This document shows positions 35,001-48,900 of a stretch of DNA of 64,000 nucleotides, piece after piece. The notes under the pieces were generated by a model. That model did no database searches. It was not told the DNA's origin and saw nothing but the letters and a program-made list of their open reading frames with translations. This DNA is from a virus (Duplodnaviria > Caudoviricetes): the IMG/VR virus record IMGVR_UViG_3300030330_005139; one strand, given 5' to 3'. Numbering within the stretch: position 1 is the stretch's first letter; every line of letters starts with the position of its first letter. Made by a program: the position numbers and the translations under genes.

Positions 35001-36902
35001 ATGCCTCTAGTTAATTTTAGTAACGTCGATTTTGACCAGATAAAAGAATCCATCAAGGATTATCTGAGATCAAACTCAAACTTCACTGATTATGATTTTG
35101 AGGGGTCTAACCTCACAACAATCATCGACACGTTAGCATATAACACCTACATCAACTCGTACAACGCCAACATGGTGACGAACGAGGTGTTTATCGATAG
35201 TGCCACTCTTCGGGAGAATGTGGTATCTCTTGCGAGAAACATTGGTTATGTTCCTCGTTCGAGAACATCGTCAGTTGCAACCGTATCCTTTAGTGTGGAT
35301 GTTTCCAATACCACTGCAGTGACACTGACACTTAAGGCTGGACTTGTTGCTGTTAGTACAAAGTCTTTTGGAAAGAACACTTATACCTTCTGTATTCCTA
35401 ACGACATCACTGTTCCTGTTGATTCAACTGGATTGGCATCCTTCAGAGGAATTGAAATTTATGAAGGAACCTTTGTTAAAGAAACCTTCTCCGTTGACTC
35501 AAGAAACCCCAACCAAAGATTTATTCTTGGAAACAGTGGAATTGACACTAAACTCATGAGTGTCATTGTGAGAGACTCCGAGACTTCCACAATCTCCAGA
35601 AAGTTTAATCAGTTCAACTCACTTATTAATGTAACTGCATCAACAGCTGCTTACTTCATTCAAGAATCACCCAATGAGAGATATGAACTTCTCTTTGGTG
35701 ATGGAACATTTGGTGTCAGATTGGAAGAACCCAACTTCGTTGAAGTGAGTTACATTACATCAAATGGTCAAGAAGGAAATGGAGTCTCTGACTTCCTATT
35801 CTCTGGAAGACTGGTAGACAACCAAGAGAGATCTGTGTCGAGTGGGATCTCAATTATTTCAACCAATGATCCTTCTGGTGGTGGAGCTGCAATTGAAAGC
35901 ACCGAGTCTGTAAGAAAGTATGCTCCTCAGGTTTATTCCTCTCAATACAGAGCAGTCACCGCAGCTGATTATGAATCACTGGTTCCTGTTATCTATCCTG
36001 AAACTGAATCTGTTTCTGCCTTTGGTGGAGAAGAACTTGATCCTCCTGCCTTTGGTAAGGTGTTCGTGAGTATCAAACCTCTCAATGGTGTTTATCTGTC
36101 ATCCAATATCAAAGAGAACATCCAAAGAGACCTGAGAAAGTATTCTTGTGCTGGAATTGTTGCTGAAATTATTGACCTTAAATATCTTTATCTTGAGCCG
36201 ACAGTAACTGCATATTACAACACATCATCGGCTCCAAGTTCTAACTTTGTGAAGGATTCGATTGTTCGTAACATCACAATTTACTCTGATTCTACTGAGT
36301 TAAATAAGTTTGGGGCAAGGTTTAAATATAGTAAATTCCAGAAGGTTATTGATGATAGTCATGAGTCCATTACCTCTAACATCACCACTGTGGCGATGAG
36401 AAGAGACATGGAAGCACTTCTCAATCAGTTTGCTGAATATGAGATTTGTTTTGGTAATCGTTTCCACATTGCAAGTAAAGATGGTTACAACATTAAATCA
36501 TCTGGTTTCACAGTAAGTGGCATTTCTGGAACTGTTTATCTCGGTGACACTCCAGCAGCTGATATGAAGACTGGTCAAGTCTTCCTCTTCAAGTTGAATT
36601 CACCAACAGAACCTGTGATTGTCAAGAGAGGTCTTGGCACTATTGATTACATGAAAGGAGAGATTAAACTCAATCCAGTTAACATTCTCTCAACAGAAGT
36701 CAAAAGAGGAACAAACCTTATTGAGATTTCGGCAACACCTTACTCAAATGATGTTATTGGTCTTCAAGACCTTTATCTTCAGCTTGATAACTCAAAACTG
36801 TCAGTTACCATGGTTGCTGACGAAATCGCTTCAGGGGCAGATGTCTCTGGTAGCAACTACTTTGTAACTTCTAGTTACTCAAACGGTTCACTCACCCGAT
36901 AA
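35001..36902 (+). CDS. gp6: baseplate wedge subunit
   Basis: DFDQIK..FTDYDFEGSNL..LAYNTY..SATLRENVVSLA; RAVT..DY. Confidence 0.92.
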   Translation: MPLVNFSNVDFDQIKESIKDYLRSNSNFTDYDFEGSNLTTIIDTLAYNTYINSYNANMVTNEVFIDSATLRENVVSLARNIGYVPRSRTSSVATVSFSVDVSNTTAVTLTLKAGLVAVSTKSFGKNTYTFCIPNDITVPVDSTGLASFRGIEIYEGTFVKETFSVDSRNPNQRFILGNSGIDTKLMSVIVRDSETSTISRKFNQFNSLINVTASTAAYFIQESPNERYELLFGDGTFGVRLEEPNFVEVSYITSNGQEGNGVSDFLFSGRLVDNQERSVSSGISIISTNDPSGGGAAIESTESVRKYAPQVYSSQYRAVTAADYESLVPVIYPETESVSAFGGEELDPPAFGKVFVSIKPLNGVYLSSNIKENIQRDLRKYSCAGIVAEIIDLKYLYLEPTVTAYYNTSSAPSSNFVKDSIVRNITIYSDSTELNKFGARFKYSKFQKVIDDSHESITSNITTVAMRRDMEALLNQFAEYEICFGNRFHIASKDGYNIKSSGFTVSGISGTVYLGDTPAADMKTGQVFLFKLNSPTEPVIVKRGLGTIDYMKGEIKLNPVNILSTEVKRGTNLIEISATPYSNDVIGLQDLYLQLDNSKLSVTMVADEIASGADVSGSNYFVTSSYSNGSLTR

Positions 36903-36908
36903 TAAAGA

Positions 36909-39900
36909 ATGTCTGCAGATAGAGTCAAGTTTCAAAGTCGAGTATCCAGTCAACTCCCAACCTACGTTAGAGAAGACTTTCCTCTTCTGGTTGAATTTCT
37001 TGAGCAATATTATGTTTCTCAAGAATATGAGGGTGCCACCCTTGACCTGGTGCAGAATCTCGACAAGTATGTCAAAGTCGATGCACTCTTTGAGCTTGAA
37101 ACTACTACAGTTCTTGCGAAGGATCTAAACTTTACCACCAGAACAATCACCGCAGCCCCCTCTGGAAACTTCACTTATGGTTTCCCAGAGAGAGACGGTC
37201 TCATCATGATTGATGAGGAAATCATTTATTACGAATATAAGACAGAAGATACATTTGAAAATTGTTCAAGGGGTTTCTCTGCAGTTACCTCTTATGATGA
37301 GGGACCAGTTAGAGACAAACTCTCCTTTACGGAAACCACTGCAAAAACACACAAGAAAGGTGCAACGATTAAGAACCTGAATGTTCTGTTCTTGCAACAG
37401 TTCTTCAAGAAACTGAAAACACAGATTGCCCCTGGTTTCGACGACAGAACTCTTTACTCTGAACTTGATCAGAGAAACTTCCTTTATGGTGTTGAAAGTT
37501 TTTATCAGACAAAGGGGACTGAACAGTCTTTTGAGATTCTATTCAGAGCACTTTATGGATTGGATGTTGAGGTTATTGATCCCTCTCAGTATCTTCTCCG
37601 TCCTTCCAATGCAGATTATAAGATCACTAAAGATTTTGTAGTTGAGGCAATTGATGGAGATCCAATGGATCTCAGAAACTTCACTCTTAACCAAGAGATC
37701 TCTGGGGCAAGAGGTTCTGTTTCCAATGTTGTGCCGATTGACAGTCAAGAGTATCCTGGAAAGTATTTCCAAATCAGTGTTGATAGTGGTTTTCAAAGAG
37801 ACATCAGTGTTCAGGGTACGATCTTTGGTGAGTTTCAGGTTGAACCAAAAACAATTGTTTTGCGTGAGACTCCAGCAGGCTCCACATGCCTCGATGTGGA
37901 TTCGACAGTTGGGTTCCCAAGTGAGGGTGAACTCTTTATTGTCGATATTGATGGAAGTTCTCTTCATCTCACATACACTGGGAAGACAATTAATCAATTC
38001 ACTGGTGTTGGTGGGTTGAATAGTGTTATTGCTGACCAATCTGAGATTAGACTAAAATCTGTTTCTTATGCTTTCACTGGACCAAACAACACCAAGAAAG
38101 TTACTGTAAGAATCTGTTCTGCCCTGAAGAGATATAAGGGAAATGATAACACTCGATTCATGAGGAAGGGAGAGAAACTTGAGATTCAGTCGATTGGTTT
38201 AGAGTCGAAGACTATTAGAAACCAAAACTGGTTCTCTTCCGCTAAAGTTTTCTGGAACATCAAGAAAGTTGAGGTTATTGATGAAACTGAAAGAACATAT
38301 AGATTCGACACTTATGATCCCCACTTCCTCAAAAATGAATTCAATGTTATCATTGAAAATGTAAAGGGATCTGTAGACACCAATGGTGTAGTTGTTCGTG
38401 TCTTTGGTAGTAACTCTTTTGCAGTTAAAGTCTCACAACCAATCAACACCGATGAGAACTGGATTGTTACCAACATTCCCCTCAAAGGTGATTCCACTAA
38501 TTACCCACAGATCAACGATTACTTTACAAATGTTCTCAATACTTACACTCAGTTTGAGGGTGATGTTCTTGTTGCTTCTAATTCACTCCCCACTTATCCC
38601 AACACATCTCTAAATCCAGACAACAGACAAATTACATTTGGAAGTCAAGACGTTAACAACACAATCATCACAATTGAAGATCATGGATTCTTCACTGGTG
38701 ATGGTGTTTTCTACTCTCCTGGGACCATTACACTCACCAGCACAACTCCAGATGGTTTCATTGAAGAGACACAGATTGAGAGTAAATTCAGGGGTGTTGA
38801 CACTGGTGTTTATTACATCTACAAAATTAATGAAAATCAGTTCTCACTTTCGAGAAGTAGATCTGACATTTATGCTGGTGTCTTTGTCCAACTTACTACA
38901 GATGTGTTGGTTGAAAATAACACACTCACATACTATCCGTTTGTTGGTAAAGGTCTTGATGCACAACCAATCATCAAACAATTTACTGATCCAGTAACTC
39001 CTGAGAGACCCGAAGACACTTTGACTCTTCCTGGCAAAATCGGGATGTTTGTCAATGGTGTTGAGATTCAGAACTACAAAGGAAGAGATAAAGTCTTTAC
39101 TGGTCCCATCACTCAAATTACTCCCCTTGCTGGTGGATCTGGTTATGATGTAACCACCCCACCAATCCTCAACATCCAGGACCCTAAGGGTGTTGGAGTT
39201 GGAGCAACAGGAACGATTTCCGTTAAGGGTTCGGTCGAAGAGATTCAAATCATTGACACTGGTTTCGATTACATAGATGTCCCCACGGTTAACTTAACTG
39301 GTGGTAATGGTTCTGGTGCAGTTCTTTCGGCTCAGTTGGCCAAGATTGTCCATAAAGTCAATTTCAACTCAAATGACAATCAGGTTGTGAGTGCTGCCAA
39401 TAACACAATCGGATTTACAACTTTCCACAAGTTTAGAGATTATGAGAGAGTTGTTTATAAAACGAATGATGGTGTTGCAATTGTTGGTCTTTCGACTAAT
39501 GCCTCTTACTATGTTGGAGTTGAAGATGCACACACAGTAAAACTTTATAACAACCAAGATGATGCTGTCAGTGGAATCAACACTGTTGGTCTTGGTAACA
39601 CTTTGGGAATTGGTCTTCATACTCTTCAAGCTGCTGAGAAGAAGGCAGTTTTGTCTAAGATCGCTGTTGCTAACGGTGGAAGTAACTACACCAACAACAA
39701 GAGAGAGATTCCTGACTTTGATGCAGTAAGGGGAGTTGGAATTAGCTCAGCTCTGAATTTTGTAGTGATCCCCAATCATCAATTTAACAATAAAGATGTT
39801 ATCCAGTACACTCCTGGAACGATTCCTGTTGAGGGTCTCGAATCAAATAAAGATTATTTCGTTTCCAAAATTGATGATAAGACATTCCAGCTTGTTGAGG

Positions 39901-42900
39901 TTGGAATTGGATCAACGGCAAGAGATGAATTCTGGAATAAGAACATCTACGTTGAGATTGATTCTGGAGGTAATGGGTCGTTCAATCACAAACCAATCGT
40001 AGTCACAATTGAGGGTACCACTGGAGTTTCCACTCTGACTGGTCAGGACTTTAACGCTGTTGTTCAACCAATTGTTAGAGGTGAGATTTTCTCCGTTGAC
40101 CGTGTTCTTGGTGGTGTTGGTTATGGTGCATCAACTGTTTATAACCTGGAGAGACAACCAGAACTGATTATTGAACAGGGTGAGAACGCAGAGGTCAGTG
40201 TTGTTATTAACAATGGTACCATTGTTGAGGTCAATGTCACAAGAGCTGGACAGAAATATGGAGCTCCACCAAGACTTGTCTTTGAGGATGAGGGTGAAGG
40301 TGAGGCTGCCCAACTGACACCAATCATCACTAACACTGGAATTTTGGAAAAAGTCATTGTTGTTAATGGTGGTGTTGGTTATTCCAAGGAAACAAAGATT
40401 AGAGTTGAAAACCCTGGAATCAACGCTAATCTTTATGCAAACATTCAGAACTGGGATGTCAATCTCTTCAACAAATTTTTTGACAGCATTGGTCCTGATG
40501 ATGGACTTCTTGCAACAAACATCAGTGAAGAGTCACTTCAGTATGTCAGTATCGTAGCTCCTCGTAAATTGAGACAACTCCTCAACCCGATTGAGTCGAG
40601 TGTCAATGGTGTTGGTTCTAAAAAGATCTTCTCGAAAGTGGATCTTGAAGTTTTCTCTGGAGCTGAGCTCACAAACTCAGATCACTCTCCAATCATTGGT
40701 TGGGCATATGATGGAAACCCCATCTATGGTCCTTATGGTTTCAGTAACAGAGACGGATCTGGTCAGATTAGACAAATGAAGAGTGGATATACCACCCTGC
40801 AAAATCCAGATAACAGACCTCCATACTCTGTTTTTCCCTCAGGGCACTTTTCTGGTGATTATCTCTTTGAAGATTCTGGTGATCTTGACATCCACAATGG
40901 TCGTTTTTGTGTCACACCAGATTTCCCTGGTGGTGTTTATGCTTATTTTGCCACTTATGGTGAAACGATTGACACTGATGGACCTTATGCTGGATTCAGA
41001 AGACCAGCTTTCCCTTATTTGATTGGTAATACTTATAACTCATTACCTAATCCTGAAAACTTTAAGTCGAACACGACTCAATCTGAATATGATTTCAAAG
41101 GAGAGTGGTTCAGAAACACCTCCAATTATCACATTGGGGACGATCATAGTGGATACAATTATGTAATCGACTCTTCAAAGGAAAAAGCACAGTTTGCACA
41201 AGTTGAATCTGTCTCTATTGGTCAGGTTTCAAGGATTGGAATCTTCACTGGTGGTGATGATTATAAGATTGGAGATAAAGTTGTCTTCGATTATAGTAAG
41301 ACAACTGGAAGTAACGCCTCTGCAAGTGTCTCATTCATCGAAGGAAAAGAGATGAATGGGATTAGTGTTGCGACATCTGAATATTCAGATGTTCAAATCG
41401 TCCCACATCAATCGGCTGATGAATTTATCGGTCTAACAACCACTCCACATAGCATCAAAACTAACGATTTTGTCATAATTTCTGGACTTTCGACAGATTA
41501 TACAGGTCTTGGTGGTGGTTACAGGGTCGGAATTGTGACAAATTCTCTCATTTTGAGGACTGGTGTCGCAACAACTGATGAAAATGTGTCATATTTCGAT
41601 GTTAGTGGCACTTTCAGTAAGATTTTACCAAATAATTTTTATAAAATCGACGATGAAAGTGTAAAAGTTCTCAATATTGACAGAATTGGGTCCAGAATTA
41701 GAGTTTTGAGAGCTCAAAACGGCACAACTGGTGCTGCACACACTCTCGGAACCATTCTTCACGAGCAATCGAGAGAATTTAGGTTCAGTGCTGGGATTCA
41801 AACCTCCAAAAATGTCAAACTTGACACCGAACTTTACTTTGACCCTGCAGAAAGTGTTGGTCTTGGGACAACTTCTGGAACTGGAGTTGGAAACACAATC
41901 ACTTTTGCGAATCCTGGAGTCGGAAAAACTCAAATCTTCATCAAACCCAAACAAATCTACTTCAGAAACCACGGACTTCTCCTAAATGATGAGATTTCTT
42001 ACGAAACCAATGGTGGAACTTCACTCCAGGTGTGGAATGGGTTGGTTGGCTCTCCTTATCAGAGTCTAACCGATTTCTCCGAACTTTATGTTTACAGATT
42101 TGATGACAATTTCATTGGAATTTCCTCCAACAAGATCGGAATTGGCTCAACTGGGGCGGTTGTTGGTGTTAACACGACTACTTCTCTGTTATCATTCACA
42201 AATGTAGGAACTGGAGACACTCATAGTTTCACAACTAACTTCACAAACAACTTGAGGGTTAAAGTTGACAGTAATGTCGTCACAGTTTCGACTGCAGTTA
42301 CTCACAGTCTCCAAGTCTCTGACAGAATTGATATCGAAGTCAAACCAAAAACAGTTATTGACGTTGATGTTATCTATAATGAGTATAATAGAAGAATTGT
42401 GTTTGACCCAAGAACATTCTCTTCTGGTGATGTTGATGTAAATAAAAATTCCATCAATTTCTCCTCTAGATATTTTGAAACCGGAGACAGAGTCATCTAT
42501 ACTGAGACATCTCCAATTGGTGGTCTTGTCGATCAAGAGATGTATTATGTTCTCATCTACGAGAGAAACAAGATTAGACTTGTAAATGAACTTTATCAGA
42601 TAAAAACAGAAGAATGTGTCAATATCACTTCAACCGGAAGTGGTACACTCTCCAGAATCAATCCAAGTGTTGTTCTAAACAAAAATAACACTGTCAGATT
42701 CAATCTTTCCGATGAATCATTGGCATTCAACTTCGTTGGTGAGAATTATTCAGCCTTTGAGATGGAAATCTTCAAGGATAGTAATTATCAGAAGGAATTT
42801 GTAAAAACTGAAGGTTCTGAGGTCTTTAATGTCACCAAAACTGGTCAAATTGGAATCAGTGCTGATGCTAAGTTGGAAGTTGACTGTGTAGACGACATTC

Positions 42901-45900
42901 CCGACTCACTTTTCTACAATTTCATTCCAGTAAATGCTCAAATTGCCCCAGTAAACAAATTGTCAGCCGTAATTGACAGAACGGTGGCTGGACATAACCA
43001 AATTGAGATTGTTAAGAGTCCATATTCCACAAATGCTGCAATTTCTGGAATTGGAAGCACCTCCTTCACTTATTCGATTGTTTCAAAACCAACAGAACCT
43101 GGATATAACGAAGAATCAGCCGAATTTAGTTATATTACTAACTCTAGGAATGAGTCTGGTCCAATTGCTTCGTTCTTCGTTGAAAATGGAGGAACTAACT
43201 TTAACTCTCTTCCTGGAATCACTTCAGTTACAAGTGTAAGTGGTAGTGGTGCTCTCGTTACTCCTGAAAGTAACAATATTGGAATCATTCAGAACACTCA
43301 GTTCACTGACATTGGTTATGATTACCCAAGTGATGAGACAATGAGACTTGTCTCCAATGTTCCTGAGCGTTTGACCCTGAGTGCCAGTGCTAAACTTGAC
43401 TTTGTTGGAATCTCTTCTCAAGGTAGAAATTACACCAGACCAGCCAAACTCGTTTTCATTGACGGTGAAACCAAAGAGGTTCTCAGTGATGTTGATTCCA
43501 CATACAAACTTGGAGGCAAGGAAGTAAAGATCATTACTCAACCAGATTTCATGTCAAGAGCGACACCAAGAGTCGTTCCGACAGAAAACTCAAATGGTGT
43601 TGGAATTCTCTCTGCTTCGTTCGATTCTTCGACAAGAAGAGCGAGAGCATTCCTTGACAGAACCTTCAGTGTGACTCCCACCAATTATCCAATTGAAGTT
43701 GGTGATAGTGTGATTGTTGAGGGAATCTCAATTGGTTCTGTTGGAGTTGGAACAACAGGTAAGGGTTATAACTCAGCAGATCATGGTTACAAATTCTTTG
43801 AAGTTACTGACATTGATTTCCAACTTGGTGGAGCAAATGCTTACATTGAATATGACTTGTCGAAAGTTATTAAAGCTGGTCAAGTTGCAGGTAATTGTTT
43901 AGTTGATCAAACATATGGAAACATAAGCAATGAGAAAGACCTTGCAACATTCAGCGTTCGACTTAGAAATGCTCAGTTTGCTATTGGTGAACAGGTTGTC
44001 TCTGAGACGACTGGATTGACTGGTGTTGTAAGAGATTGGATTGACATCTCTGAAACTCTAACAGTTCTCTCAAAGGATGACTTCAAAGTTGGTGAGGTTA
44101 TTCGTGGTGTTGCTTCAAGAGCAGTTGGCACTATTGAACAAACAACAGATGACCAGGCAGAGATCATTACTGGAGCTGGAACTACTGTTATTCATGGTTG
44201 GCAGTCAATTTCTGGTGTTCTCAATAATGATTTCCAGAAACTTCCCAACAATGAATATTATCAGAACTTCTCTTACTCACTGAAGTCTCAAGTCCCTTAT
44301 GGAACTTGGAACGATCCTGTGAGTGCGATGACACACACTGCTGGATTCCAAAAGTTTGGTGATCTCCAGATTGAAAGTAAAGAAGCTGGTTTTACTGCAG
44401 TTGTTCAGCCTGCGGCATCCAGAGCGGATCTGGTTATTGACCTTGAGAGTTCTGCTGATTTGAATTGTTATTATTCTTGGGATAATGTTTCTGAGGACAC
44501 CGTTGAAATCAATGGAACTGTTACTAGTAATGTAATCAACTTTGATAATAAGGTTCTGACAGATTACACCAAGTCTATTACAAACAGAGCTCTCAGAATT
44601 GATGACTTTAGTGATACTTTCAACTCAAATCAGAGACTTGAACAGTTCTCTGTTGTTGCGAGTTATCCATCCTCTCGTATCTATAATAAGGTCATCGCTC
44701 TTGTTACCGATCAAGAGTTCCAGAATGACACTCAGATGGCAATTCTTGCCACTCTAAACGGAAAAGTTTTGAGTGAATATGCAGTCAGTTCGACTGCTGT
44801 TGATCTTGGAACATTTGACATTTCAATTAATCTTGATACCACCGATCATGAGATTTCATTCTTCCCAACATTCTTCACCATCAACAGATATGATATTACA
44901 ACTCTGAGTTTCTCTGAAACTATTGATGACGCTGCGGCGAATGACATCAGTCTCGGAAACATTGTCAGATTTGATTCGAAGGCTGTTACCGCAACTGGTG
45001 GATCTTCTATTGAAGTTATTACGATTCCTTCAACATACAGATCAGCAAAGATTCACGCTCTTGCGGTTGATGATGAAACCGGTGAGGCATTTGGAACAGA
45101 AGTCAATCTTATCAATGATGGAAGTGAAGTTCTGAGTGTGTTTATTAACACTGTTGAGGAGAGTAATAATTTATCTGCACAACAGACAAATGCTTACACA
45201 CCTGGCATTGGAACCTTTGGTGCAGCCAACAGCAGTGGATCAACTGTTATCACCTTCTACCCAAGTGGAACCAATGATGTCAACGTTATTGCTAATGTTG
45301 CTCAGTTGAGATCATCTCCTGGTGGAACTGGTGGATCCCAAACTTTGAAAGTTGCGAAACTGAATGCATCTCAAACTTCCATTGCACCCACTGCTTCACC
45401 CACTGCAGTTGGAATTGCTTCCTTTACAACTCCTTATGAGGCTGATTATCTGACAGTTCAATTGACTGACACAACCAACGCCGAATTGGAACTCTTTGAC
45501 CTCACAGTCTTGGCGGCGACAGATGAAGTTCCGATCAATGACATTCGTTTTGGTGACATCAGAACTGGTGGAACAATTGGAACTGTTGGAACAAGAAGAG
45601 ATGGTGAGTTCATTGTCATTGAGTTTACACCTGTTGCTAATGTCGCAGTTGATGTTACTGTTTATGAGAATCAACTTCAGATTGATTCAGGAAATGGATC
45701 TCCCAATGATATTGATCTGAATTCTTCCATCATTGGTGGTCAGAGTGGAAACTATACAGGTACTCAGCTTGACCCACAAACAGAGTTTGAACTGAAGCAT
45801 AATGATATTCCAATCTTCCGTAAGGAGTTCATTGGTAATGATTCTGAAATTGTTAATGTTCAGTTTAACACAATTGAGATTCCAAACCACTATTTCGAAA

Positions 45901-48900
45901 CTGGTGAGTTGTTGGAATACTCTTACGCTGGAACCGGAACAACTCAAGCAATTGGAATTGTCACAACCAATGTTCCTGGAATCGGTAACACAGAATATGT
46001 TCCCCACCAAGTTTATGCTGTCAAGGTTGATGACAAGACAATCAGATTAGCAACATCTGCAGAGAAAGCTCTGAAGTATCCGACTCCTGAAGTTCTTGAC
46101 TTCACCACAGTTGGTTTTGGTGTTTCTCACAGCTTCACCTCAACTAATCAGAACGCTAAGCTTCTGGTTGCTCTTGATAATATGATCCAGTCCCCAATCT
46201 CTCGGACTGGAATCACAACAACACTTCAGGAGAGTGTCACCTTCTCGTCTGAACTTCCTGTTGTTGGTGTTCAGTCATTCTTCGCTGGTGACATCATCCA
46301 GGTTCGTGAAGAGTTGATGACTGTTACCGCAGTCAACTCAGTCACAAATAATCTCAGTGTGTTGAGAGCACAACTTGGAACCATTCTTGCATCTCACCCA
46401 GCTGATACTGTCGTGAGGAAGATGGTTGGTAATTATAATATTGTCAATAACAACATCAACTTTGTTAAAGCTCCGTTTGGTAAGGTTCCCGTCAATGTTA
46501 CTGGTGGTGACCCTGAGTTTAGAGACTGGACTGGTTTGACAACCAGTTCCACCTTCCAAGGAAGAGTGTTCCTGAGAACTGCTCCTATCAACTCTTCAGA
46601 TGAGACTTACGATCATAACTATGTGTTTGATGATATCTCATCTTCTTTCAATGGAATTACAACTAATTTCACTCTGAAGAGTTCTGGAAATAGTGTTTCT
46701 GGAATGTCATCGGATAACGCTGTCATTATGGTTGATGGAATTATCCAGAAACCCGACCCAATTAGTGTTGGTGGAACGGATTATGAGAAGTCTAGTTACA
46801 CAATATTTGAGAACGGAAGTAACACCGATATTCAGTTCTTTGGAACCTCTGATATTCTTGATTATGATCCAAACAGAGCTGGTCTTCCCCTTGGTGGAGT
46901 TATTGTGTCACTTGGAATGACTCAGGGTCTTGGTTATCAACCCTTGGTTTCCGCAGGTGGAACATCAGTTGTTTCTGGATTGGGAACCATCTCTTCCATC
47001 AGCATTGGAAACTCTGGTTCTGGTTACCGTCCTGGAATTCAAACCTTCATCAATGTCGGTGTTCAGACCTACAGTGATGGTGTTCCAAACATTGAATTTA
47101 TTGGAACAGCAGCCGTCAGTGGTGGCCACATTGTGAGCATCGCGATCACCAACCCAGGAACTGGTTACACATCCACCAATCCACCTGAAGTTGTCATCGA
47201 TGCACCTCTCAATTACACCAACATTCCTCTGATCTACAGTGATGAAACAACCACTGGAGTAGGAACTGGTGCTGTTGTTGATATTGTTGTCGGACAGGGT
47301 TCCAGCATTATTAACTTTGTTCTTAGCAGATCTGGATATGGTTATAGAGATTTGGAAAAACTGACCGTTGAGATTGGTGGAACAACTGGAATTCCCACAG
47401 ACACCTCTGTCACATTCAATGAGTTCCAACTTGAAGTTGAGTCAATCAAAGATCAAAGTTTTAATGGTTGGTCTGTTGGTGGTCTTAAGGTTTATGATTC
47501 TATCACTAAGTTCTTTGATGGTAAGCGTACTTCTTTCCCACTTCTGTTGGAAGGAGAGTACTCCGCGATTGATAAAGATAAGGGAGTCAACATTGACCTG
47601 GATCACACTCTGATTGTCTTTATTGGTAATGTTCTCCAAGAACCAGGAGTTGCTTATAACTTTAAGGGTGGCTCATTCATTACCTTTACAAAGGCACCAG
47701 AACCAGGTGAAGATTCACTGATTCTCTTCTTTGAGGGAACTCCTGGATTAGACACCAAATTCACCAGAGTTCCTAAGACAGTTCAACGTGGTGACACTCT
47801 TGAGATTCCAAGATATCGTGATGAGACCATCTCTATCGCTGGCCAGGATCCGAGAATTGTTTCTCTTGTTCCTTCCACTGACTTTGTCAACACCACACCT
47901 TACACTGGTCCTGGAATCGATCCGACTGGTGGATTGCTTAGACCTGTTAATTGGTGTAAGTCCACAGTTGACAAGGTCATTGATGGAACTGTCGCTGGTA
48001 AAGACAGAGAACTCTTTGAGACATCTCTCTTCCCAACAGCAACTGTGATTCAGTCCGTTGGTCTTGGTTCGACTCAAATTTATGTTGATCATCTGAGACC
48101 AATGTTTAACGCGGTCAATGAGGATAACGCAACTCCTTTAGAACCTGATTATCAGAATAGTATAAGATTCAACACTCAAACTGTTGTTGTTGGTGCAGCT
48201 GGAACAGCTCTGTTGGCGTTCGATGGAACGATCACTGATGTGATTATCAACAATGTTGGATCTGGTTACACTCAAGCTCCAACAATTACATTTGAAACTC
48301 CATCTGGAATTGGAACCGAAGGAAGAGCTGAGGCGACTTCAGTTGTTTCGAACGGTGTTATTGAGTCAATCACGGTGACAAATCCTGGTGTTGGTTACAC
48401 AAGAGTTCCTCACGTCCTCATTGAACCTCCTAAGGTTGTCAGTGAGAAGGTTGATGTTGAAGCTTATTATGGTGATAATGGTAAAATTGTTGGAATGGCA
48501 TTGACCACATTGAGTGCTAATGAGGCTTTCTTCCTCTTTGACTTCTACATTCCTGTTGATTCTCCTCTCAGAGATGAGAAGATTGTTGGAACATCCGCAA
48601 CATCAATTAGTGGAATTTCAACTGGTGACTTCTTTGTTCTGAGTCAAACCAATGGAGCTCTGGTTCAACAAAGAAGAATGCAACCCAGAATGACAGACAA
48701 TGAAACAATCATTTGCGTCACCGACCCCTACTTGGATGGTGTTTGGCAAGTTGACTCCACACAACATCTTGAAACCAATGTCACTGGTGTTGGAACCACC
48801 GCTGTTGTTCGTGTCTTCAGTAGAGTTTCTCTTGGTGGAACAATCACATTTGACACAGATCAGACTGACTTTAGCACCACTGTTATTAAATTTGATAATG